Shown one piece after another: positions 8,345-18,367 of a DNA stretch of 64,000 nucleotides. A model generated the notes under the pieces. That model had not been told where the DNA came from, did not search any database, and was given only the letters and a program-made list of their open reading frames with translations. The translations under genes and the position numbers were made by a program. Origin of the DNA: Candidatus Altiarchaeota archaeon (GTDB lineage Archaea > Altiarchaeota > Altiarchaeia > IMC4 > SCGC-AAA252-I15); assembly GCA_043813075.1 (NCBI GenBank), contig JBDRLL010000006.1:5043-69042 (forward strand), given 5' to 3'. The stretch's first letter is position 1; every line of letters begins with the position of its first letter.

Positions 8345-9100
8345 ATGCTATCGACTCCAGCCAGAAGCATTATCGTGGCCACACTCCTACTGGCGGCGGC
8401 AGGATGCCTTTCAGAGGAGCGTGGGGAGGCCACTACGACAAGCCTTATGAAGGGGGTTAATGCTGCTGCCGGCAGCACCATGACCAACAAGCCTTTCGTC
8501 CCTTATGAGCCCTACGCCCTGTCAAGAAATGGGACAACCACGACCACAATGGGGGGATACTCTTACTATGGCAGCGGGGACTTGGGGGATATTGTATACC
8601 CTACTCTGGATGTGGATGCTCCCGAAAATACGGTAAGAGGGGACTCTGACACTGGTGCTGGGGGTTACGGTGGTTTTACTGGCAGTGAGACAGAAGGTGA
8701 TGGTTATACCGGCGGGGGCGGCACGAAAACTCCGTCTGCGGGAGGGGGTGTCGGCGGGAAGCCGGACATCGGATGGTGCGAGACACTGGGGGGCAAGTCG
8801 GTCTGCGGCGTCTGGGAGTACTGTCCCGGCAGTACGATCAAGATAAGTGATGATGGCGGGACATGCTGTGACACTGCATGCAAGAGGGGGGAGATAAGGT
8901 ACGAGTACAACTGCGAGAAGAAGTGCATGCAAGTCTACGGGACAACGGGATTCTGCAACGTGTACTGGAACAAGAGGCCGTGCCCTGGACAGGAGCCGGC
9001 AGGCGGCGTATTGTTCCCTGAAACGTGCGTGTACGCTAGGCCCAACAAGGTTGACGTTCCGATACCATGCTGCTGCGAGAACAAGCTCCCAGTATTCTAG
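8345..9100 (+). CDS. putative lipoprotein with Gly/Thr linker and two Cys-rich C-terminal modules
   Basis: Lipobox-like LLAAAGC, low-complexity middle, 14 Cys in the last ~105 aa. Confidence 0.65.
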   Translation: MLSTPARSIIVATLLLAAAGCLSEERGEATTTSLMKGVNAAAGSTMTNKPFVPYEPYALSRNGTTTTTMGGYSYYGSGDLGDIVYPTLDVDAPENTVRGDSDTGAGGYGGFTGSETEGDGYTGGGGTKTPSAGGGVGGKPDIGWCETLGGKSVCGVWEYCPGSTIKISDDGGTCCDTACKRGEIRYEYNCEKKCMQVYGTTGFCNVYWNKRPCPGQEPAGGVLFPETCVYARPNKVDVPIPCCCENKLPVF

Positions 9101-9462
9101 AAGTCTTCAATGCCCTTCAGGTGGCCGTGGTCTTCAAGCCACTTGGCTTGCTGTGGAGTGTACCGCCATAGGACGTCGCCACGCTCGTTGCCCTGGACTT
9201 CCCATGGTTCTACGAGGACTATGTTACCCTCCTTGATCCATATCCTCCTCCTGACTTTCCCTGGAATCCTGCAGAGTCGGGTGTTGCCGTCAGTGCACTT
9301 CACGCTCATCCTCCGGTCTCCGAGAAGCTGCTCCACCTCACCCAGTATCTGACCCCTGCGTGGAAGTCTGACACGGACTATCGCATCCTCTCCGTTGGGT
9401 GACCTGCTTACAGTAACCGCTTCACCCTCATTTTCTTCTGTGTCTTCCACGTCATCGACCAT
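9097..9462 (-). CDS. eif1a: translation initiation factor 1A
   Basis: RVRLPR...GEVEQLLGDRRMSVKCTDGNTRLCRIPGKVRRRIWIKEG; ATG at 9462. Confidence 0.96.
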   Translation of the reverse strand: MVDDVEDTEENEGEAVTVSRSPNGEDAIVRVRLPRRGQILGEVEQLLGDRRMSVKCTDGNTRLCRIPGKVRRRIWIKEGNIVLVEPWEVQGNERGDVLWRYTPQQAKWLEDHGHLKGIEDF

Positions 9463-9493
9463 ACTTAATAATACGCTACAGCATATTAATAAG

Positions 9494-9886
9494 ATGCTTT
9501 GGGATGAACTCAAGAAGAGGAGCATAGACGGCATTGAGGACCTGATTGTGGTGATAGTGCAGGATAACGAGTCCAATGAAGTCCTGATGCAGGCCTACGC
9601 CGACAGGGAGGCGTTTGAGAAGACGGTTGAGACGGGTAAGGCGCATTATTACTCCACCAGCAGGAAGAAGCTATGGCTTAAAGGCGAGTCCTCCGGCAAC
9701 ATACAGGCTGTCAGGGAGGTTCTAGTTGACTGCGACGGCGACACAGTCATATACCGTGTCGTCCAGAAGGGCGGGGCATGCCATAAGGGATACAGGTCTT
9801 GCTTCTACCGTAAAGCCGTTCAAGGCGGGCTTAAGGTCGTCGGGGAGAAGGTTTTCAACCCTGACGAGGTCTATAAGAAGGGTTAA
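9494..9886 (+). CDS. hisI: phosphoribosyl-AMP cyclohydrolase
   Basis: VLMQAY, YYSTSRKKLWLKGESSGN, DCDGD, ACHKGYRSCF; ATG at 9494. Confidence 0.95.
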   Translation: MLWDELKKRSIDGIEDLIVVIVQDNESNEVLMQAYADREAFEKTVETGKAHYYSTSRKKLWLKGESSGNIQAVREVLVDCDGDTVIYRVVQKGGACHKGYRSCFYRKAVQGGLKVVGEKVFNPDEVYKKG

Positions 9887-9926
9887 GAATTATTTTAAAC
9901 AGTCTTACCCTATTGATTAGAGTAGA

Positions 9927-11321
9927 ATGAAGGCCATAGTAATGAAGTTCGGCGGGACCTCGGTCGCAGACGGAGACAGGATAAGGCATGTCGCAGAACT
10001 CGTGAAGAAGGATGAGAGGCCGACTGTCGTGGTCGTGTCCGCGATGAGCGGGGTCACAGACAAGCTGATAAACATCGCGTGGAAGGTCGTTGACCTGCCC
10101 AACAACGTGGTCGAGAGGGAGGTTGACGCGTTCTGCAGGGAGCTTCTCGCGCAGCACAGGTCTGCTGTCATGAAGGCTGTGACAGACAAGAAGAGGAGGA
10201 GCGACGCGTTGAGCGAGGTCATAGAGCTCATCGACAAGCTAAAGGTTACGCTTCTTGGCGTCGGGTATCTGGAGGACCTTTCCCCAAAGAGCTTGGATTA
10301 CATACAGAGCTTCGGCGAGAGGCTTAACATAATAACGGTTTCAGGAGCCCTATACTCTCTTGGAGTTAAGAGCACATACCTTACCGGATACGAGGCAGGG
10401 ATTGTGACCGACGGCTTCTTCGGGAGGGCTCGGCCCATGCACGCGAAGCTAAAGAAGAACATACCGGAGTCGCTAAACCCGCTGCTCAAGAAGGGTGTGA
10501 CCCCCGTGGTCGCGGGCTTCATAAGCGCGGACGAGAGCGCGAGGATAACCACGCTGGGTAGGGGCGGGTCAGACTACACTGCATCGCTGATTGGGAAATA
10601 CTTGAATGCCGAGGAAGTTCAGATATGGACTGACGTGGATGGGATACTCTCCACAGACCCTAGGATCGTTAAGAAAGCCAAGCTGATTTCAACACTATCG
10701 TATGTGGAGGCCATGGATTTGGCGTACTTCGGTGCGAAGGTCATACACAGCAAGATGATAGAGCCCGCCATGCAGGCGAAGATACCTGTGAGGGTGAAGA
10801 ACACGTTCAACCCGGATTGTGAAGGCACGCTGATAGTTAAGAAGCAGCAGAAGATTGAGGGTGTGATAAAGGCTGTTGCGATAGCCAAGGACGTTGCGAT
10901 AGTCAACCTCCAGGGTGTCGGGATGGCTGAGACCCCCAACATAGCCGGTAAGACGTTTGGAGCGATGGGCGACGGGAACATAAACGTGTTGATGATCTCA
11001 GGCTCCTCCGAGTCAAACCTGTCTTTCGTGATATCAGACAAGGATGTTGACAGGAGCATGGAACTCCTGGAGGATGCGTTAGGGGGGGACATAGTGAGGA
11101 GCGTCGACCTGATAAAGGACGTGGCCATAGTGACTGTGGTTGGGACTGGGATGGCTGGGACGAAGGGCATCGCAGCCCAGGTGTTCATGACCGTTGCTGA
11201 ATCCAAGGCAAACATAATAATGATCGCGCAGGGCTCCAGCGAGGTGAACATAGCCTTCATGATAAAGACTTCCGACGTGAAGAAGGTTGTTGACGCATTG
11301 CACCAGAGATTCATAGAGTGA
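9927..11321 (+). CDS. lysC: aspartate kinase
   Basis: VMKFGGTSV, VVSAMSGVTD, TTLGRGGSDYTA, WTDVDG, two C-terminal ACT domains. Confidence 0.96.
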   Translation: MKAIVMKFGGTSVADGDRIRHVAELVKKDERPTVVVVSAMSGVTDKLINIAWKVVDLPNNVVEREVDAFCRELLAQHRSAVMKAVTDKKRRSDALSEVIELIDKLKVTLLGVGYLEDLSPKSLDYIQSFGERLNIITVSGALYSLGVKSTYLTGYEAGIVTDGFFGRARPMHAKLKKNIPESLNPLLKKGVTPVVAGFISADESARITTLGRGGSDYTASLIGKYLNAEEVQIWTDVDGILSTDPRIVKKAKLISTLSYVEAMDLAYFGAKVIHSKMIEPAMQAKIPVRVKNTFNPDCEGTLIVKKQQKIEGVIKAVAIAKDVAIVNLQGVGMAETPNIAGKTFGAMGDGNINVLMISGSSESNLSFVISDKDVDRSMELLEDALGGDIVRSVDLIKDVAIVTVVGTGMAGTKGIAAQVFMTVAESKANIIMIAQGSSEVNIAFMIKTSDVKKVVDALHQRFIE

Positions 11322-11322
11322 A

Positions 11323-12240
11323 ATGAAGTCAGATCTAACCGAGAGGGTGTTGAGTCTGCTCGACGAAGCCGGCTTTCAGGTTGTGGACTGCACCGGATCC
11401 AGGAGCAGTTTCGACATAATCGCCAAGAGGGGGGAAGTCCTGTTCCTGGTCAAGATACTCAAAAACATTGAGGGATTAAACAGGTTCTCAGCCAACGAGC
11501 TTAAGAACGTCGCGTCACTCCTTTCTGGAATACCCTTTGTCATAGGGGAGGGTATGAAGAACTCCATGCTGTCTGACGACGTTGTGTACGACAGGTATGG
11601 GATATGCGTCTCAAGCCCCACGACTTTTGAGAGGATAATAAACAACATGCTCCCAAGCATCTATTCGACCCGCGGTAATTACTGTGTTAAGATAGACTCG
11701 AAGCACTTGAGCGAGTTGAGGCACAAGTCAGGCCTCACGCAGGACGCCTTGGCTAAGAGGCTTAACGTTTCGAAGCAGAGCGTATACAGGTATGAGAGGG
11801 AGGGTAGGGTGTCGCTCGACGTTTTTGAACGGCTCATAGACTTGTTTGAGGACGAGGGTCTTGCGCTCCCCGGATTTGAGATGGAATTCCAGTTCAACGG
11901 GCCGGAGTCTAGGAGGCATGTGTCACGGCACGTCAGCGACCTGAAGAAGGTTGTGCTCGAGGAGTTCAGGAACATGGGCTTCAAGACGTCCATGACGAAC
12001 GCTCCCTTCGACATTTACGCTTCCAAGGACGAGATGATTCTGACTGTGGTCAGCAACGACTGGAGGAGGTTGAAGCACAGGATAGAGATGATGCGGGACA
12101 TAACAAGCATGGTTGGCGGCTACAGCGTCTGCATAAGCGAGAGGCATGTGGACATTGACGGTTCTGTTATACGGCCTGAGGAACTGCATGAGATTCATTC
12201 TCCGAAGGATTTCTTCAAGCTGCTGTCCGAGGACTTCTAG
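11323..12240 (+). CDS. archaeal HTH (Cro/C1-type) transcriptional regulator, COG1395-like
   Basis: SFDIIAKR...VKIL.NI, VVYDRYGI, HTH GLTQDALAKRLNVSKQSVYRYE, APFDI. Confidence 0.85.
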   Translation: MKSDLTERVLSLLDEAGFQVVDCTGSRSSFDIIAKRGEVLFLVKILKNIEGLNRFSANELKNVASLLSGIPFVIGEGMKNSMLSDDVVYDRYGICVSSPTTFERIINNMLPSIYSTRGNYCVKIDSKHLSELRHKSGLTQDALAKRLNVSKQSVYRYEREGRVSLDVFERLIDLFEDEGLALPGFEMEFQFNGPESRRHVSRHVSDLKKVVLEEFRNMGFKTSMTNAPFDIYASKDEMILTVVSNDWRRLKHRIEMMRDITSMVGGYSVCISERHVDIDGSVIRPEELHEIHSPKDFFKLLSEDF

Positions 12241-13214
12241 TCCAGCAGTATGTTGTACCCGTGCCGCTTGTGGTACATGAATTCATCGTCTGTCGAATCC
12301 TTAGCCCACTTCACGTAGTCTGTTATCTCTGATAGCTTTGAGCTCATGTCGTCCGCATAGTATACCGCAAATGCTTCAGGCGTCATGGGAGGCTTCGGGG
12401 AGCCGTATTCAAGGCGTCCGTGGTGGCTGAGTATTATGTGGAGGAGTTTCTCCCGCGTCTCAACTCCGGTGCCCAGCTCCTTCATGTATTCAGACACCAT
12501 AGCATAGCCGATTGATATGTGCCCCTCCAACTGTCCCTTCCTCGTGCCCTTAACACGTGAGGTGACTTCAAGCTCCTCCAGCTTTCCGATGTCGTGGAGG
12601 AGGGAGCCTGCTACCAGAAGGTCCTTGTTCATGTCCGGGAACAGCCTGTGGCTGAGCAGAGCGTACTCCACCACCTCGAGGGTGTGCTGGAGGAGCCCGC
12701 CAGTCCAGTTGTGGTGTATCTCTATCGCAGCGGGATGGGTCTTGAACTTCTCGCTTGTAGGGGGGTCGTTGAATATCCTCTCCAGGAGCTTTTTCAATTC
12801 AGGGTCCCCGACCCCGCTGATTCTTTCCATCAGGAGGCCGTACATTTCCCCAACATCCATTTTCGCGGGTATGATGAAGTCTTCCGGACTGTACTCGCCC
12901 TTCTGTAGTGCGCGGATTATGTCCGGCTCGTTGGTGGAAATCTGCAGTTTGTCGTTGTATTTCGAGGCCTTACCCTGCACGTATACGACCGAGTCCGGTT
13001 TTATGGACTCGTAGACGCTCTTAACAACATCCTCGTTCACATTCCCCCAGTACTTGTAGTCTATCGTGCGGCCGCTGGAGTCGGTGAGGAGGAGCTGAAA
13101 GGAGAATCCCTTCGAGTAGGGTTGTATCCCCTTCTTTATCTTGACCACGAATATGTCGTCTATCCTGTCGCCCTCGCTTATGGAGTCGATGGGCTGCCTC
13201 TTGCTGTAAACCAT
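12237..13214 (-). CDS. YhaM-like 3'-5' exoribonuclease (OB-fold plus HD)
   Basis: N-terminal OB fold, PAA..IHH..GGLLQHT, LLHDIGK, ILSHHGRLEYGSP. Confidence 0.9.
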   Translation of the reverse strand: MVYSKRQPIDSISEGDRIDDIFVVKIKKGIQPYSKGFSFQLLLTDSSGRTIDYKYWGNVNEDVVKSVYESIKPDSVVYVQGKASKYNDKLQISTNEPDIIRALQKGEYSPEDFIIPAKMDVGEMYGLLMERISGVGDPELKKLLERIFNDPPTSEKFKTHPAAIEIHHNWTGGLLQHTLEVVEYALLSHRLFPDMNKDLLVAGSLLHDIGKLEELEVTSRVKGTRKGQLEGHISIGYAMVSEYMKELGTGVETREKLLHIILSHHGRLEYGSPKPPMTPEAFAVYYADDMSSKLSEITDYVKWAKDSTDDEFMYHKRHGYNILLD

Positions 13215-13258
13215 CGCGTATGAAGAATTACGTGTCGGCCAATAAGAATGATGGTTGA

Positions 13259-13867
13259 CTATGCGTACATGACGTATTCACTGCAGGAGTCTCTCAATTT
13301 AGGGTCGGTTATGCGTTCGCATAATGCCGGATTTTTCAGGTTTTTATTGACTTCATGCAGGCATTCGTCCTTGGCGGTCTGGTTTCGTATCTGATTCTCG
13401 CATAGCATTGAGTTGTTGGAGTATACAGCAACCCAGTGGAAGCAGATGTCATGCCATACTGGGTCAGTCACTTGACTGCATATGGACGCGTTTAACGTTA
13501 CTGTCGCCATGCACCAGTTATGCCATTTGTCCTCTTGGATATTAGCGCATCCGCCGGGATCGTTCATTATTATGGCGATGCTTCCATAGCACCATGTCTG
13601 GCCGGGCGCATTTGATATCCCACCGCAGATTGACGAGTCGTTTAATGTTGCCGCGATTACAAGGAGACATTCATCTTTCTTGCCCTGATGCCTTATTTCC
13701 ATGCAATATGACGCGTCAAGGAGGTCATACGCCATTTTATCGTAACATATGTCCCTGTAATCCGGGTCTGCCAGTGAATCACAGTCAGTTAAAGCCTCTT
13801 TAGGCGTATCATCCAGGCAACCGCATAGTAGGAGGGTGAGTATGACGCAGCAAATGGCGTTTCTCAT
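13259..13867 (-). CDS. putative lipoprotein with about seven 26-aa Cys-paired repeats
   Basis: LLLCGC lipobox-like motif; repeats such as CMEIRHQGKKDECLLVIAATLNDSSI. Confidence 0.7.
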   Translation of the reverse strand: MRNAICCVILTLLLCGCLDDTPKEALTDCDSLADPDYRDICYDKMAYDLLDASYCMEIRHQGKKDECLLVIAATLNDSSICGGISNAPGQTWCYGSIAIIMNDPGGCANIQEDKWHNWCMATVTLNASICSQVTDPVWHDICFHWVAVYSNNSMLCENQIRNQTAKDECLHEVNKNLKNPALCERITDPKLRDSCSEYVMYA

Positions 13868-14009
13868 GTATGAGTATTCAGACAGATGCATTTTTATATA
13901 CGTTTAAACCTATAACTAATTTCAGAAATTTGTATACAGTTAAACCCATAAGTAATCCCATTTTTGGGGTGTTTTGGGGATAGTGAAAAATAAAAGAAGG
14001 TGATGAGAT

Positions 14010-15650
14010 ATGGCACAAGGACAACCGATATTTATACTGCCAGAAGGCGCGCTCAGAACGCAAGGAAGAGACGCCCAGAGGTCAAACATCATGGCCGCGA
14101 AGGCAGTTGCGGAGGCTGTTAGAAGCACTCTAGGCCCCCGCGGTATGGACAAGATGCTCGTCGACGACATGGGGGACATCGTCATAACGAACGATGGAGC
14201 CACAATAGTCGAGGAGATGAACGTGGAGCACCCCGCAGCCAAGATGGTTGTGGAGGTCGCTAAGACACAGGACGACGAAGTAGGAGACGGGACAACGACA
14301 GCGGTCGTGCTGACCGGAGAATTGATGTCCAACGCAGAGAAGCTATTGGATCAAGGCATCCACTCCACAGTCATCGCACGCGGATACAGGATGGCTGCAG
14401 ACAAGGCCATAGAAACGCTGAACGCAATAGGCAAGAAGATAAGCCTAAACGACACCAAACTCCTCGAGGAAATCGCTGTCACAGCGATGACTGGAAAGGG
14501 TGCTGAAGCAGCCAAAACCGCTCTTTCAAAGCTGTCGGTGAAGGCCGTCAGGCAGGTCGCTGAAGAGGAAGGCGGTAAGATCACGGTAGACCTTGACAAC
14601 ATAAAGGTCGAGAAGAAGAAGGGCGGCAGCACGCACGACACCGAGTTGATTGAAGGGATCATAGTCGACAAGGAGCGAGTGCACGCTGGAATGCCGAAGA
14701 AGGTTGAGAACGCCAAGATTGCGCTGCTAGACGTCGCAATCGAGATAAAGGACACTGAGACGGACGCTGAGATAAGCATAACTTCACCAGACCAGCTGCA
14801 GGCATTCGTACAGCAGGAGGAGAACATGCTTAAGGAAATGGTCAGCAACATATCTAAAAGCGACGCTAACGTCGTGTTCTGCCAGAAGGGCATCGACGAC
14901 CTGGCCCAGCACTTCCTGAGCAAGGCCGGAATCTTCGCTGTGAGAAGAGTGAAGAAGAGCGATATGGAAAAGCTCGCGAAGGCGACTGGAGCAAAGGTGG
15001 TGACAAACTTGAAAGACCTGAACAAGTCAGACCTTGGTTCCGCAAAAATAGTTGAAGAACTGAAGATAAGCGGCGACGAGATGACTTTCGTCCGCGGATG
15101 CAAGAACCCGAAGGCGGTCAGCATAATAGTCCGCGGAGGGACAGAGCATGTGGTAGACGAAGTAGAGCGCGCCATAAATGACGCACTCGGCGGAGTCGCG
15201 GCAGCAGTCGAAGTCGGGGCAATCGTCGCGGGCGGCGGAGCGCCCGAAGTGGAAGTAGCCCACAAGCTTAGGAAGTTCGCTGACTCCGTCGGCGGAAGGG
15301 AACAGCTTGCTGTAAACGCGTTCGCTGACGCTCTGGAAGTGATACCAAGAACACTTGCAGAAAGCGCTGGCATGGACGCCATAGACACGCTAGTCAACCT
15401 AAGGGCGAAACACGACAAGAAGGAAGGCGTAAACTACGGCGTCTTCGTCGAAAAAGCCAAGATAGACGACATGTGGAGCAAAGGCGTAGTCGAACCGCTG
15501 AAGATAAAGACCCAGGCAGTCAAAAGCGCTTCAGAGGCTGCGGAGATGATACTCCGTATAGACGACGTTATCGCAGCAACAAAGCCCAGAGGCGGCGGCG
15601 GAATGCCACCAGGCATGCCACCCGGCGGAATGGGCGACATGGACATGTAA
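14010..15650 (+). CDS. ths: thermosome (group II chaperonin) subunit
   Basis: [28 protein letters not shown] tail; SD-like AGGTGA upstream. Confidence 0.98.
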   Translation: MAQGQPIFILPEGALRTQGRDAQRSNIMAAKAVAEAVRSTLGPRGMDKMLVDDMGDIVITNDGATIVEEMNVEHPAAKMVVEVAKTQDDEVGDGTTTAVVLTGELMSNAEKLLDQGIHSTVIARGYRMAADKAIETLNAIGKKISLNDTKLLEEIAVTAMTGKGAEAAKTALSKLSVKAVRQVAEEEGGKITVDLDNIKVEKKKGGSTHDTELIEGIIVDKERVHAGMPKKVENAKIALLDVAIEIKDTETDAEISITSPDQLQAFVQQEENMLKEMVSNISKSDANVVFCQKGIDDLAQHFLSKAGIFAVRRVKKSDMEKLAKATGAKVVTNLKDLNKSDLGSAKIVEELKISGDEMTFVRGCKNPKAVSIIVRGGTEHVVDEVERAINDALGGVAAAVEVGAIVAGGGAPEVEVAHKLRKFADSVGGREQLAVNAFADALEVIPRTLAESAGMDAIDTLVNLRAKHDKKEGVNYGVFVEKAKIDDMWSKGVVEPLKIKTQAVKSASEAAEMILRIDDVIAATKPRGGGGMPPGMPPGGMGDMDM

Positions 15651-15700
15651 GGGGGGGTACACGACCCCCATTTTTCTTCTTTCCTTTATTCTTTTCTTTC
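15651..15700 (+). terminator. hairpin plus pyrimidine-rich terminator after ths
   Basis: GGGGG...CCCCC stem followed by TTTTTCTTCTTTCCTTTATTCTTTTCTTTC. Confidence 0.65.
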
Positions 15701-15715
15701 TAATAGATTCTCAAC

Positions 15716-16591
15716 ATGCTAGTCACAGCCGTCATATGGGTCACGCTGCTTTTCCTGATACTGGACAGCATAATAGACTTGAAGACCGGCGAGATACCGG
15801 AGAAGCTGACGCACGGCCTAACAGGGATCATCATCCTGCTGGCGGTCGGCCACGGAATCATTGAGAACAGTATTTCGATGGTGAAGTCGACTATCCTTGT
15901 GGGCGCATCATATTTCATCGCAGGGTATGTCCTTTATCGACTAGGGCAGTGGGGGGGTGGCGACGTCAAGATGATGGCTGGCATAGGATGCGCGCTAGGA
16001 TACCTCGATTCCATGGGATACGCGTGGCCCAATTCCATCATAACAGGGTACTACCTGACGTATTTCATAAACATGTCGATTTTTGCCATACCCTACGCGG
16101 TAACCTACTCTCTGATACTTGGTTTCATGAACCCCAGCGTATTCAGGGAATTCCTTAGTGGTGTTAGGGAGTTTAAGGTCGTCATACTCCTAGCAGTCTC
16201 GTTCGCGCCCGCATTATTGTCCACGTATTTTGGTGAAAGCCTGCTCGCGCTCGTTTACCTTATGCTGCCGTTTTTCATGCTCGCGACGATTTACCTCAAG
16301 GTCGTCGAGAAGAAACTGCTGTGCAAGACGGTCAGGGTCGAGGAGCTTAGAGTCGGGGACATACCAGCGGAAGACATCCAGTGTGAGGGAGAGAGGATAG
16401 CCTCCAAGATGATTGAGGGCATAACAGGGGAAGAGCTGGAGAGAATAACGAGGTTGGCGTGGGAGGGGAGGATACCTGACGAGGTTAAGATACGTTGGGG
16501 CATCAAGTTCGCGCCAATACTCCTGGCATCATATGTTATGACACTATGGCAGGGCAGCCTGCTGGAGATCTTCTTCAACAACATACTGTGA
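15716..16591 (+). CDS. A24-family prepilin peptidase (EppA/PibD-like)
   Basis: DLKTGEIP and GGGDVKMM aspartate motifs, multiple TM segments, C-terminal GIKFAPIL. Confidence 0.88.
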   Translation: MLVTAVIWVTLLFLILDSIIDLKTGEIPEKLTHGLTGIIILLAVGHGIIENSISMVKSTILVGASYFIAGYVLYRLGQWGGGDVKMMAGIGCALGYLDSMGYAWPNSIITGYYLTYFINMSIFAIPYAVTYSLILGFMNPSVFREFLSGVREFKVVILLAVSFAPALLSTYFGESLLALVYLMLPFFMLATIYLKVVEKKLLCKTVRVEELRVGDIPAEDIQCEGERIASKMIEGITGEELERITRLAWEGRIPDEVKIRWGIKFAPILLASYVMTLWQGSLLEIFFNNIL

Positions 16592-16592
16592 A

Positions 16593-17018
16593 TCACTGCA
16601 GGTCCATGAGACCCAACCCTGTCTGAGCATCGTATTCCCTGAGGATAATGTCTTTGAACGCGCGCAGGTGGAATTCACCGGCGAAAACCCGCATGGAGAA
16701 GACGTGGCCGCCTATCGTCGAATGGTCTTTCCTGCAGAGGCAGGCGTGGGCGTGGGCGAATTTAACCCCGTCCTTGAGGGTGATGTTCCCGTTGCATGAT
16801 ATTATCTCCATTGGCTCGTTGAACTCTGTCTCACAGTACTCCTTCTTTTCCTGGTCATAGAACCCGAGTTTCGCGTACTTCACCGCACCTATCACGGTGA
16901 AGACTCCGGAGGATATGTTTTTCCTTGAGGCGAATGACGTTAATTCCTCGAGGAGGTCAGAGTCGTGGGCCAGTTTACCGAAGTACTCTCCCAATGGTTG
17001 GGCGTCTATTGATTCCAC
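16593..17018 (-). CDS. DUF296/PPC-domain putative DNA-binding protein
   Basis: IGAV, EIISCNGNI, AHAH, GGH, AGE, YDAQTGL. Confidence 0.88.
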   Translation of the reverse strand: MESIDAQPLGEYFGKLAHDSDLLEELTSFASRKNISSGVFTVIGAVKYAKLGFYDQEKKEYCETEFNEPMEIISCNGNITLKDGVKFAHAHACLCRKDHSTIGGHVFSMRVFAGEFHLRAFKDIILREYDAQTGLGLMDLQ

Positions 17019-17020
17019 TT

Positions 17021-18286
17021 TCAGGTGAAGTTGACTATAACAACATTGTCTGTCGATACTATCTGATCCTTCTTAACCTTCCGCTTACCCACCTTGATGC
17101 CGCTCAACTCCATGCCCTCGACAAAGACGTTTGTGACCTTCCCAATGTGCTTGCCGTCGCTAGTGTACACTTCCCTGCCGCTCAAATCCTTGACCAGGTT
17201 CTTTATGGCCTGTATCTCAGATATGAACAAGTATTCTGTCAGCTTGGTCCATATCCCGAATATGCACAGGGCCAGCGTGCCGTGGAGCACGAAGTCGCCG
17301 ACACCATAGTCTTCGTTGACTATGAAGTTCGCTCCAGAGGCTATCATGTCCCTTATCAGGACTACGAAGGCGAGGAGCACTAGGTATCTCCGTATGGCAA
17401 CATAACGCTGCGACGCATACTTGTCTATTATCAGACCGAGTATGACGACGAGTATGGAAATCGTAAGGAGGGTTATGGAGGCTGAGTTGAGGACGAACAG
17501 GGATATGCTGTTAAGGGTGACATCCATGTTGTCGATGCTGATGTTGATAGGGTATCGCCTCCAGTCGCTGACCATGTAGCCGGCGCTTATCACCAAGGCT
17601 ATGAATGATATGAGGTAGATGACAGTCTCGATCCGCTCTATGGACAATGCCTTGAAGAAGTCGGACGACCTCTCAAAGAAGCCCTCCTCCCATCCCATGC
17701 CCTTCAACAGCAGGTAGAATCCGACGACCGCGAGGATCAGGCTCAAGGCCTGTATGCCGCCAGTCGCCAGGAGGACCAGTGTGAGGCCGGGTATGCCGAA
17801 CATTAGCCGCGCCAGGTTCGGGTCTTCAGATATCTCCTTGAAGAAGTTCGTGAACTTGAAGTAGGCTTTCTCCAGCTCCTTGCTCTGGCGCACCACGACA
17901 GTGTGGACTGCGTCCACCTTAACCCTGGACTGTATTATGGGGAGGACCTGCTCGTCGTCCATCCCGTCGGTCACGACTATGACGGAATCTGGCTTGTACT
18001 TTTCCATCACATCATCCAGCTGCTGGGATATCTTGCGGTCTGACGTGACACCGACATCATAGTCTCCGGTGAGCGTGACCACATCCAGCTCCAGGTTCCG
18101 GGACAGCTTCAACGCCCCGAACATGGCGTTTACGTCAGTGTCCTCAGGATCCTCCAACGCAAGCTTCTCAGCCACCTGGAGGTTGCTGTCCCAGCCTAAT
18201 ACAGGACCCTTCACGTCGGTTTTCCGGCCTATGTCGTCGTCCCTGTCGATGCAGACGACGAGACTCTTCAGGTTAGACTTACCCAC
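17021..18286 (-). CDS. DUF373 membrane protein with C-terminal PRC-barrel
   Basis: VCIDRDDDIGRKT...DPEDTDVNA...VVRQSKELEKAY; C-terminal LSGREVYTSDGKHIGKVTNVFV. Confidence 0.85.
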   Translation of the reverse strand: MGKSNLKSLVVCIDRDDDIGRKTDVKGPVLGWDSNLQVAEKLALEDPEDTDVNAMFGALKLSRNLELDVVTLTGDYDVGVTSDRKISQQLDDVMEKYKPDSVIVVTDGMDDEQVLPIIQSRVKVDAVHTVVVRQSKELEKAYFKFTNFFKEISEDPNLARLMFGIPGLTLVLLATGGIQALSLILAVVGFYLLLKGMGWEEGFFERSSDFFKALSIERIETVIYLISFIALVISAGYMVSDWRRYPINISIDNMDVTLNSISLFVLNSASITLLTISILVVILGLIIDKYASQRYVAIRRYLVLLAFVVLIRDMIASGANFIVNEDYGVGDFVLHGTLALCIFGIWTKLTEYLFISEIQAIKNLVKDLSGREVYTSDGKHIGKVTNVFVEGMELSGIKVGKRKVKKDQIVSTDNVVIVNFT

Positions 18287-18367
18287 ATTAAAAATACTGT
18301 TTCACGACTTAAAACCGTTAAATATGAGGGTGGAATAATAAAGACGTGTTATTATATTATTCAATAA

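Noticed and set aside
13951-13980. TTTTGGGG direct repeat upstream of the thermosome as a heat-shock operator
   Set aside because: Only two short copies and no match to an operator I can name; insufficient support.
14351-15418. 355-aa antisense ORF over the thermosome, and similar shadow ORFs over lysC, tpiA, psmA/SBDS, trxB and the coiled-coil gene
   Set aside because: They lie fully opposite well-conserved genes, are Ser/Leu/Phe-rich mirror translations with no motifs, and are explained by codon bias.
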